64,000 nt of DNA from Callorhinchus milii (lineage: Eukaryota): NCBI RefSeq assembly GCF_018977255.1, contig NW_024704754.1:14012001-14076000 (forward strand), in the 5' to 3' direction. The notes under the pieces were generated by a model. It ran no database searches and was not told the origin of the DNA. It worked only from the letters and a program-made list of their open reading frames with translations. The translations under genes were made by a program, and so were the position numbers. Shown here piece after piece: positions 1 through 12,000 of the stretch (positions are counted from its first letter, which is position 1; every line of letters starts with the position of its first letter).

Positions 1-24
1 TCTCTCCAGGCTGTGATCCACACA

Positions 25-76
25 ATGAGTGTCTCTCACTGCATGCTGGCACTGCTGCTCGCGTGTCTCATCCAGG
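25..76 (+). CDS. Receptor A signal peptide exon [17 protein letters not shown](G)
   Basis: Acceptor tctctccag at 1-9, ATG at 25, hydrophobic core and phase-1 donor G|gtaagg. An upstream non-coding exon must lie outside the window. Confidence 0.85.
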
Positions 77-3000
77 GTAAGGCTGTTTCACCCTTTACCA
101 CCATTATCTCTCTGCTTTAGATCAGTGGTAATCACTAACCATGTGCAAGAGCTTTTCCCAGGAACCCTCTGTCACCATGAAGTGATGGGCTTTGAGGCAG
201 ATCCTGATTCCCATAGAGAGAGCTTCTGGGCAGGTGAGACATAGTAATAACAACAACAACCACAACAACTTGCATATATATAGTACCCCTCATGCCAGGT
301 AGCGACCCAAAGCACTTGACAATGGTGAAGCACGATGCTGAGCCGGGGGGGTGGGGGAGGTGACCGTAGGCACGGTCAAAGAGAAGGTCTTCTGGTGCGA
401 TCTGAAGATGGGGAGGAAGGGGGTAAGGTGGAGGGATAGAGGAAGAGTGTTCCAGAGATTTTGGGCACAGTAGCTAAAAGAACGTCCACTGATGGTGGAA
501 CAGGAGCGACATGCAATTGGCCAGAGCCAGTCAAGTGGAGGCAGCGGGTAATGGGTTGAGGAGTAAGCAGGTCGGAGAAGTAGGGAAGTGGCAGAGTACG
601 AGGAGATTTGAAAACAAGTGTAAGTATCTTGAAATCATTCAGCGTTAAGGAGCCAGTGGTGATTGGCTAGTAGTAATATGTGGTAAACACACAATATGGA
701 ACTCGTGCAACTATGAGGACCCAGGACATTAGCATTTTGGCTCATGGGATTGACAGCATGTCTATGGCAACATGTTTCAATGATGAGCCATGTAGACTAT
801 TTAACTTGGTTTCCTCAAGAGTTGTTTATCTTACCAGAATAAATTCTGCCCCAGGGGCCCCTCCATTCATCTCTCCTCTTCCGCACCTCTGGTTCTGAGG
901 ACTTCATTTTAAACATACAATACAATACAAAATCACATTTGTATAGCACCTTTCACATAAAATATTACTCAAGTTATAGATGAAAACTAAGTGAGTCACT
1001 ATGATACAAACCAGATACTTCTCATCCCAAGTTAATTGATTGAACTACCTAAAACACTTTTTGGGGGGGTCAGCTGGATATCTGACACTTGCAGAAATCC
1101 AACACTGTGCTTAAGTGTATCTAAACCAAACTGAGATATCCATGCATCCCACTTACACATGGAAATACCAGAGATACATTGTGGAATGGACTGTATATTA
1201 TTGCCCTGGAGGAACGCATCCTGCTTACCTAATTCCAGAAAGTTTTGGGAACACGTTGTCAAGAGCCAAGGCTTGGGGATGCCAGAGTGCGCATTGGGGT
1301 ACATCTGCAGTCTAACTACATAGCTTGTCATTGATATCATTGTCTGGCTAGGGTCACACTACCGGTTAGGGCATTGGCTTGCAGTGTTAACAGGAGCTTA
1401 GTGGGATGATGCCCTGCCCCCAGTGACTGGTCTGCCCTTCCAAGTCCTGCAGATGAGCCAGACTGGCTGTGCTTCCATCAGCAGTGCCCTGGAATACGGA
1501 GGATTAACCTGACTCAGGAACCTGGCTTCTGAGACTGCCGCAGAGGATTGGCTCAATTCTAACATTTCATTACCAAACAGATCCTATTTTCCTTCCCTCC
1601 CAATAGAATAATCACTAGTTGGTCATTTGACATCCGCCAAGTGGGGGTTGGAGCCCTCACTAGGTGGATGGTAGCTACCAGGAACACCCTGTGAGCTTCC
1701 CTGTGGGCCACACATCTCAGCTGGATAATTATAGTGGACACTCGGACCTCAGGGAGGAAGCTGAGGAGGGAACCTGAGCTTTTTTAAAGAGGTGAGGAAG
1801 TCCCCCCCCATCCCTATGACTGGGGCTGGACTGACTCCATGGTTTGATGGTTAGAGCCGGTGGGGGAGGGGGGTATTATAAGAGGGGTGTCAGGTTCTGC
1901 CCATGTGCCCAAGTGTCTGCACCCCTCTGTGATTGTTGTGTTGCTGTTCCAGATTCTTCCTCCCCCACCACCCCCCCCAGATGTGTTATAGTGAGAATCT
2001 ACATGAGCGGCTGTTTCTGCCTGACTGGGGGATGGTGGGGGGGAGGTTTGCACTACAATATTAAGTTGAGGGTCTCACAGGCTAAGATGGGGTGGAATGT
2101 CAGGCTTCTGACATCTTAAATACATTTAGTGTAAGTATACATATTACATGTGTTAGACGAGGACATTAATGTTTCCCAATCTTCCCAATGAAGGGGACGG
2201 GGCAGAGAGACCCCACTGACAGGTATTCCCCAGTCAACCAGTACCAGAGTCACACACAGTAAGTCAGTCAGTCTGTTTTCTCTCCCACAGGTTCCGCCCA
2301 TCAATGGAGTGTTACGCTTCCCGAGTCCACTGCTGGGCTGGAGGGAGAGTCTGTAATTCTGGATTGTTCTTTCAGTTACCCTGACCCACCGAATAAACCA
2401 TATACTATATGGGGCCAATGGTTCAAAGGTAATCCATGCAATGAAAGAGCAGAGAAGATATATGAAAGCAACGAAAGCAACAACAGAATAAAATTAACAG
2501 GAAACCTGACAAAGAAAAACTGCTCAATTGAGATAAGTGACCTCAGGAAAACTGATACTGGTCATTACTGCTTCAGGTTTGAAATACCGGGTTTCGATAA
2601 ATGGACCGGAAAACTATCCATCAGTGTCGATGTGTACGGTAAATATTCCTTCTCACTTCTTGTTACCTGTTTGAAAAACCAGCAAACTGACAAGTTTGCA
2701 GTATTTACCGTTGTCGATTTGATGAGGTGACATTTCAGAACATTGTTTATTTCTCTTTCCTTTTGTCAGATCGTCCTGGCAACCCCACTGTTTTCCCAAG
2801 TGAAGTGGCTGAAGGGATCAGCACCACTTTAACGTGTACTTCGTCTAACGTTGTAACACAGGTCAAACCCAAGCTGACCTGGGAAGGAATCACTGAGCTG
2901 ACAGATCAGAAGACCGTGAATAAGGAGAAACAGTCTTTATCTGACCGGAAAATCACCAGTTCATTCACTTTTGTTCCATCATACCAACATCATCTCAAGC

Positions 3001-6000
3001 TGATCAAATGTGTGGTCAGTTGTGCTAACTACCAATGCTCAAAACAAAGCAACATAACGCTTCAGGTCAAATGTAAGTTCCCCATACTGAAGCAATGACA
3101 CAAAACTCGGAGGAAGTTTCAACACAGAGGTTGACATTAAAAAAATGCAGCAAGACATAGATAGGTTAGGTGATTGGGTAGGTAGGTGGCAGATGAAGTA
3201 TAACGTAGGGAAGTGCGAAGTCATCCACCTAGGTAGCAAAAACAGTAGAGCGGGTTATTTTTTAGAAGGGGAGAGATTGGAATGCGTTAGCGTCCAGAGG
3301 GACTTGGGTGTCCTTGTACACCAATCACAGAAAGTTAGTCTGCAGGTGCAGCAGCAATTAGGAAGCCGAACGGTATGTTAGCATTCGTTATGAAAGGATT
3401 AGAGTATAAGAGTAGGGAAGTCTTGCTGCAACTGTATAGGGCCCTGGTGAGACCACAACTGGAATACTGTGTGCAGCTTTGGTCTCCTTATTTAAGGAAG
3501 GATGTACTTATCTTGGAGGGGGTGCAGCGTAGATTTACCAGGTTAGTACCAGGGATGAAGGGGATGAGTTGCGAGGATAGGCTGACCAATTTAGGCCTAT
3601 ATTCTCTAGAATATAGAAGAATTAGAGGGGATATTATAGAAACCTGTAAGATCATCAAAGGGCGTGATAGAGTAGATAGTGGGAGATTGTTTCCCCCGGT
3701 TGGAGAAACTAAAACAACCTTAAAATTAGAGGCAGCCCTTTCGCACTGAGTTGAGGAAGAACTTCTTCACTCAAAGGGTGGTGAATGTATGGAACTCACT
3801 ACATGGGTGAAAAGCAATATGGGGATAAGGCAGGGTCAGGTTATTAACTGGAGTTAGATTAGAAGATCAGCCATGATTGAATGGCTGGGCAGGCTCAAAG
3901 GGCCGAATGGCCTACTCCTCCTAAATGTTATGTTATGTTAATCAACATTCAAATGATCCTAAACTGTACAGAAAGTTGTCAAGAGCTTTTGTACTGGTTC
4001 CATTCTACCACCCGACCTGTCTTTGCCCAATTACCTATATTGGCTCCACACCCTCAGGGATACAGGGCAGCAACATTTTGCTTCCAAGTCCCTTCTGATA
4101 ACTCTAAAGCTGGAGGGACTGAACTTGCCCAGGGGGAAACTGAAAGTGATATAGGAGCGTTATTGACTCATTTCTCACTATGCCAAATCAGTGTAAGGCA
4201 GCAATAAACAAGGCCAACAGGATGTTGGGCTTCATTACTAAATCAGTTGAGATCCTCAGAAGTTTACTGAGGATCTCAACTGATTTAGTAATAGGCTCTG
4301 GTCAGGCCGCTCATTGAATACTGTATAGAGTTCTTGTCAACGCGACAGAAGGGGACTGTCCAGGCCTTAGAGACAGAGCAGAGGTGAGCAATGAGCTTGA
4401 TCCCCAAGCGATAGAGGAATGAGCTATTAGACAAGCTGTGGTTCTTCAGTCTTGAGGGAAAGCAAATCAGAGACTACATATTTTTCAATGGGATTGAGAA
4501 AGTAAACCCAGATCAATATTTCAGAATATATCAAGACAATAAAACAAGAGGATATAAATTTAGAGTAATAAAGGGACATGACAGGAGAGATACCAGGAAG
4601 ATTTTCTTCACCCAGAGAATAATCAATGACAGGAAAGGTGGTAGAGGCCAGGATACTGGACTCTTTTAAAAAGCTACTTGATGCAATGATGAGGAGAATG
4701 GTAGGGTGAGGGTTCTGGAAGAATCAGATCAGATGGGCCAAACAACCTGTATCGTCCACACCAATCATGTGAGATCAAATCATTTCTCTCTCTTGAAATA
4801 ACTCTGGGCCTAAGCAAGCCCCTAATATAATGTCACCCCCAACAGTGTCTGTACCAAGACAGGTGTGTTAAAGGAATTTCTATCATGGAACAAAGTATTT
4901 GATTTGATGTTTGTCTTGCTAATGGGTAGGTTATATAGGTCATGGGGGGCCTCAAAATTAGGCTACCCAATACGTAAAATGTTCATTTTTAGCCTGGGAG
5001 AACACAGATATTGCCCTCCTTGTGTGTGTTTTTATAATAATAATAATCCTTGCATTTGATGTAGCACTTTTCACGTCTTCTAGACGTCTAAAAACACTTC
5101 ACAGAACATACTGTAAGTGAATTGACTGTATATTTGTGGGAGAAAAAACAAAAAAACAAGCTAAGAACCAATTAAGGGACTGCAAAATATTAATGTGCTA
5201 ATTTCCAAATGCAATCAAAGATGGTAATAAATTTGTATGAAAAAGGAGCCCATTTACTGGGAGGGATGTGCTGCCATCTGATGGTCATTTTCACTCAGGC
5301 AAGTCAGCAAAACCCAAACTTAAATAAAATCCTAAACTTTACCCTGAAGCCTCAAAAGTTCCAACAAGCAACAAATTAACTCAAAGAGAATGAACAGGTG
5401 ATAAGAAACATATTAAATACTTACTTCCTGGAGGTACTTACTAGGGAGGACACTATACAATGCCCTACCAACATCCAGCAAACTTTGCTTGAACTCTGGG
5501 ACTTGAATATAAGTGAGGCTGAGATTCTAGAGATGCTCAAGAGGCTCAAAACCAACAGATCCCCTGGGATGGATGGTACCTCTCCATACTTGCAGAGACA
5601 AGACAACACTGACAGATACTGTGAGAGAGTCAATCACTATGGGGGAGGTTCCAATGCACTGGAACAATGTAAACTGAACTCCCGATAATAAAACACTGTC
5701 TATTATCAACACATGGCTTAGATTACCAAGATGTCAATATCCCGGTTGCTTACCACACAATTCTCTCCCATTTCAGATGCCCCCCGAAATACAACAATTC
5801 AAATAAATGAACCTCTGGATATCATTGAGGGGAGTGAAAATGTGACGCTGACGTGCAGCACTGACAGCTACCCTCAAGCTACTCACACCTGGTACAAGAC
5901 GAAAAGACACACAAACACAACACAAACTCTGAACAGTACAGGCAGCGTCTTGTTGTTCAAAACAATATCCAGAATGGATTTCGGAACCTTTACCTGTGTG

Positions 6001-9000
6001 GTAAATAATTCACAGGGAAATGACACCTCTGCAGCTGACATCAATGTCAAGTGTAAGTATTTGGCTTTAACGGATCCTGAGTGGATTATATCACGTTAGA
6101 GTGAGGGCTCTTCTCGCACTTGATGTTTACAGTGGGAGCCGTGTAAGCCAGACATCGGAGACGGCCGTATTGACCGGCATAAGGGTCTGAGGTTAACCGA
6201 AATGACTTCCAACCCCCAGCAGAAGAGCAGCGCTTTCTCACTCCCATTGACATTCCCATGACATTCGGATGGAAAAGGGATCAATTAGCGGCAGCGCTGA
6301 GGTGATTGACAGCCCATTCACAAGCGGCTGCCGGCTGACAATCGCAACTTCCCTCCCTTATTCTTCCCCATTCCTCCACCTCCTCACTGATCGACAGCCC
6401 AACTCAGCCGCTGCTGAATGGCTGGAGTTCACTGATAATCCCCAGTGTTAGAGGATTGAACTATGAGCAATGAATAGGTTAAGCTAAGGCTCTTCAGTCC
6501 TGAGAGAAAATACCTCATAGAGGACTTTAAACAGGTGTTGCAAATGTTAAGTCAGATTGAAAAAGTAAACCCAGAACAATACTTTAGGATTAACCAAATA
6601 ATAGAATATAGTATAATAATAATCCATGCATTTGATATAGTGCCTCATCACGTTGTTGAGACGTCTCAAAGCGTTTCACAGAACATATATTGTAAAGTGG
6701 GTTGACTGTGTATTTTGTGGCCGAACGGCGGCAGCCAATTGCGCACAGCAGTGTCCCACAAACAGTCATGGATTGAGTGGCCAAATTATTATTATTTTCT
6801 AAAGGAATTATTACTCCTGGAAAGAACAATAGGATTGAGGTTTTGCATTATGAAGGGCAATTGCAACGTGATTGTCAGAATTTGTCTGGGAGTGTTCATA
6901 ATCACTGCTCCCTTTACCTTATGCCTTCAGGAGATGAGCTCCTCCATGTGTCTCCGCATCTCTATCACAAGCCTACAAGCTCTGGGTTGTTACTGGAGCT
7001 GCGATATACTCGTGGAGGATTGAGGGAGAGAAGGGAGTGAGATTAGGATCGTGACCTTGACACAGTGACATTGACGAGCTCCTCCCTAGATTATATTGTA
7101 CTGATCTACAATTCTCTCCCATTTCAGATGCCCCACGAAATACAACAATTCAAATAAATGAACCTCTGGATATCATTGAGGGGAGAGAAAATGTGACGCT
7201 GACGTGCAGCACTGACTGCTACCCTCAAGCTACTCACACCTGGTACAAGACAAAAAGACACACAAACACAACACAAACTCTGAACAGTACAGGCAGCGTC
7301 TTGTTGTTCAAAACAATATCCAGAATGGATTCCGGAACCTTTACCTGTGTGGTAAATAATTCACAGGGAAATGACACCTCTGCAGCTGACATCAATGTCA
7401 AGTGTGAGTATTTGGCTTTAACGGCACCTGAGTGGATTATCCGCCGTCAGAGTGAGAGCTCTTCTTGCTCTTGATCTGTGCGGTGCGAGCCGGTTAAACC
7501 AGACATATTGGGGATGACCCTATTGTCCGGCCTAAGAGGCGTCCGAGGTTAACCGACATAGCTTCCCACCCAGCAGAGGAACAGCTCTTCCTCTCTCCCA
7601 TTGACGTTCCCATCGGACAGAAATGGGACCAATTAGGGGCAGCGCTAAGGTGATTAACAGCCCATTCACAAGCGGCTGCCGACTGTCAAACAATCGCAAT
7701 TTACCTCCATTATCCTTCCCCATTCCTCCACCTCCTCACTGATCGACAGCCCAACTCCAGCCGCTGCTGAATGGCTGGAGTTCACTGATAATCCCCAGTG
7801 TTAGAGAATTGAACTATGAGCAATGAATAGGTTAAGTTAAGGCTCTTCAGTCCTGAGACAAAATACCTCATAGAGGACTTTAAACAGGTGTAGCAAATGT
7901 TAAATCAGATTGAAAAAGTAAACCCCGAACAATATTTTAGGATTAACCAAATAGTAGAATATAGTATAATAATAAGCCTTGCATTTGATATAGCGCCTCA
8001 TCACATTGTTGAGACGTCTCCAAGAGCTTCACAAACCATATAATGTAAAGTGGGTTGACTGTGTATTTTGTGGGCGAATGGCAGCAGCCAACTGCGGACA
8101 ATAGTGTCCCACATACAGTGATGCATTCAGTGGCCAAATTATTATTATTTTTTAAAGGACTTATTACTCCTGGAAAGAACAATAGGATTGAGGTTTTGCA
8201 TTATGAAGGGCAATTACATCGTGATTGTCAGAATTTGTCTGGGCGTGTTCATAACAACTGTTTCCATTACCTATGCCTTCAGGAGATGCGCTCCTCCATG
8301 TGTCTCCGCATCTCTATCACAAGCCTGCAAGCTCTGGGTTGTTACTGGAGCTGCGATATACTCGTGGAGGATTGAGGGAGAGAAAGGAGTGAGATTGGGA
8401 TTGTGACCTTGACACAGTGACGTTGACGAGCTCCTCCCGAGATTATACGGTTCTGATCTACAATTCTCTCCCATTTCAGATCCCCCCCGAAATACAACAA
8501 TTCAAATAAATAAACCTCTGGATATCATTGAGGGGAGAGAAAATGTGACGCTGACGTGCAGCACTGACAGCTACCCTCAAGCTACTCACACCTGGTACAA
8601 GACAAAAAGACACACAAACACAACACAAACTCTGAACAGTACAGGCAGCGTCTTGTTGTTCAAAACAATATCCAGAATGGATTCCGGAACCTTTACCTGT
8701 GTGGTAAATAATTCACAGGGAAATGACACTTCTGCAGCTGACATCAATGTCAAGTGTAAGTATTTGGCTTTAACGGATCCTGAGTGGATTATATCACGTT
8801 AGAGTGAGGGCTCTTCTCGCACTTGATGTTTACAGTGGGAGCCGTGTAAGTCAGACATATCGCGGACGGCTGTTTTGTCCGGCCTAAGGGGCGTCCAAGG
8901 TTAACCGACATTGCTTCCCACCCAGCAGAGGAGCAGCGCTTCCTCCCTCCCATTGACATTCCCATCGGAAGAAAAAGGGACCAATTAGTGGCAGCGCTAC

Positions 9001-12000
9001 GGTGATTAACAGCCCATTCACAAGCAGCTGCCGACTGTCAATCAATCGCAATTTCCCTCCCTTATTCTTCCCCATTCCTCCACCTCCTCACTGATCGACA
9101 GCCCAACTCCAGCCGCTGCTGAATGGCTGGAGTTCACTGATAATCCCCAGTGTTAGAGGATTGAACTATGAGCAATGAATAGGTTATGTTAAGGCTCTTC
9201 AGTCCTGAGACAAAATACCTCACAGAGGACTTTAAACAGGTGTAGCAAATGTTAAATCAGATTGAAAAAGTAAACGCAGAACAATACTTTAGGATTAACC
9301 AAACAGTCGAATATAGTATAATAATAATCCATGCATTTGATATAGTGCCTCATCACGTTGTTGAGACGTCCCAAAGCGTTTCACAGAACATATATTGTAA
9401 AGTGGGTTGACTGTGTATTTTGTGGGCGAATGGCAGCAGCCAACTGCGGACAATAGTGTCCCACAAACAGTGATGCCTTCAGTAGCCAAATTATTATTAT
9501 TTTCTAAAGGAATTATTACTCCTGGAAAGAAGAATAGGATTTAGGTTTTAGATTATGAAGGGCAATTGCATCGTGATAGTCAGAATTTGTCTGGGAGTGT
9601 TCATAATCACTGCTCCCTTTACCTTATGCCTTCAGGAGATGAGCTCCTCCATGTGTCTCCGCATCTCTATCACAAGCCTGCAAGCTCTGGGTTGTTACTG
9701 GAGCTGCGATATACTCGTGGAGGATTGAGGCAGAGAAGGGAGTGAGATTGGGATTGTGACCTTGACACAGTGACATTGACGAGCTCCTCCCTAGATTATA
9801 CAGTACTGATTTACAATTCTCTCCACATTTCAGATGCCCCCCGAAATACAACAATTCAAATAAATGAACCTCTGGATATCATTGAGGGGAGAGAAAATGT
9901 GACGCTGACGTGCAGCACTGACAGCTACCCTCAAGCTACTCACACCTGGTACAAGACGAAAAGAGACACAAACACAACACAAACTCTGAACAGTACAGGC
10001 AGCGTCTTGTTGTTCAAAACAATATCCAGAAGGGATTCCGGAACCTTTACCTGTGTGGTAAATAATTCACAGGGAAATGACACCGCTGCAGCTGACATCA
10101 ATGTCAAGTGTGAGTATTTGGCTTTAACGGCTCCTGAGTGGATTATACCACGTTAGAGTGAGGGCTCTTCTCGCTCTTGATGTTTACAGTGGGAGCCGTG
10201 TAAACCAGACATCGGGGACGGCTGTATTGTCAGCCTAAGGGGCGACCGAGGTTAACCGACATAGCTTCCCACCCAGCAGAGGAGCAGCGCTTCCTCCCTC
10301 CCATTGACATTCACATCGGAAGGAAAAGGAACCAGTTAGCGGCAGCGCTAAGGTGATTGACAGCACATTCACTGCTGCCGACTATCAATCAATCGAAATT
10401 TCCCTCCCTTATTCTTCCCCATTCCTCCACCTCCTCACTGATCGACAGCCCAACTCCAGCCGCTGGTGAATGGCTGGAGTTCACTGATAATCCCCAGTGT
10501 TAGAGGATTGAACTATGAGCAATGAATAGGTTAAGTTAAGGCTCTTCAGTCCTGAGAGAAAATGCCTCATAGAGGACTTGCAAATGTTAAATCAGATTGA
10601 AAAAGTAAACCCCGAACAATATTTTAGGATTAACCAAATAGTAGAATATAGTATAATAATAATCCATGCATTTGATATAGCGCCTCACCACGTTGTTGAG
10701 ACGTCTCCAAGCGCTTCACAAACCATATAATATAAAGTGGATTGACTTTGTATTTTGTGGGCGAATGGCAGCAGCCAACTGCGGACAATAGTGTCCCACA
10801 AACAGTGATGCCTTCAGTAGCCAAATTATTATTATTTTTTAAAGGAATTATTACTGCTGGAAAGAATAATAGGATTTTCGTTTTGAATTAAAAAAGGCGA
10901 ATGCATCGTGATTGTCAGAATTTGTCTGGGAGTGTTCATAACTACTGTTTCCATTACCTATGCCTTCAGGAGATGAGCTCCTCCATGTGTCTCCGCATCT
11001 CTATCACAAGCCTGCAAGCTCTGGGTTGTTACTGGAGCTGCGATATACTCGTGGAGGATTGAGGAGAGAAGGGAGTGAGATTGGGATTGTGACCTTGACA
11101 CAGTGTCATTGACGAGCTCCTCCCGAGATTATATTGTACTGATCTACAATTCTCTCCCATTTCAGATCCCCCCCGAAATACAACAATTCAAATAAATAAA
11201 CCTCTGGATATCATTGAGGGGAGAGAAAATGTGACGCTGACGTGCAGCACTGTCAGCTACCCTCAAGCTACTCACACCTGGTACAAGACAAAAAGTCACA
11301 CAAACACAACACAAACTCTGAACAGTACAGGCAGCGTCTTGTTGTTCAAAACAATATCCAGAATGGATTCCGGAACCTTTACCTGTGTGGTAAATAATTC
11401 ACAGGGAAATGACACTTCTGCAGCTGACATCAATGTCAAGTGTGAGTATTTGGCTTTAACGGCTCCTGAGTGGATTATACCACATTGGAGTGAGGGCTCT
11501 TCTCGGTCTTGATGTTTACAGTGGAACCCGTGTGAGCCAAACATCAGGGACGACCATATTATCTGGCCTAAGGGACATCCGTGATTAACTGAAATAACTT
11601 CCAACGCCCAGCAGAGGAGCAGCGCTTCCTCCCTACTATTGACGTTCCCTAAGGACGATAAAAGGACCATTTAGTGGCAGCGCTGAGGTGATTGACAGCC
11701 AATTCACAAGCGGCTGCCGGCTGTCAATCAATCGCAATTTCCCTCCCTTATTCTTCCCCGTTCCTCCACCTCCTCACTGATCGACAGCCCAACTCCAGCC
11801 GCTGCTGAATGGCTGGAGTTCACTGATCATCCCCAGTGTTAGAGGATTGAACTATGAGCAATGAATAGGTTAAGTTAAGGCTCTTCAGTCCTGAGAGAAA
11901 ATACCTCATAGAGGACTTTAAACAGGTGTATCAAATGTTAAATCAGATTGAAAAAGTAAACCCAGAACAATATTTTAGGATTAACCAAATAGTAGAATAT

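Noticed and set aside
121-233. Possible extra exon after the signal exon (tttag|ATC..GCAG|gtgaga)
   Set aside because: There is a stop (TAA) two codons into the required phase, and the segment is absent from arm B.
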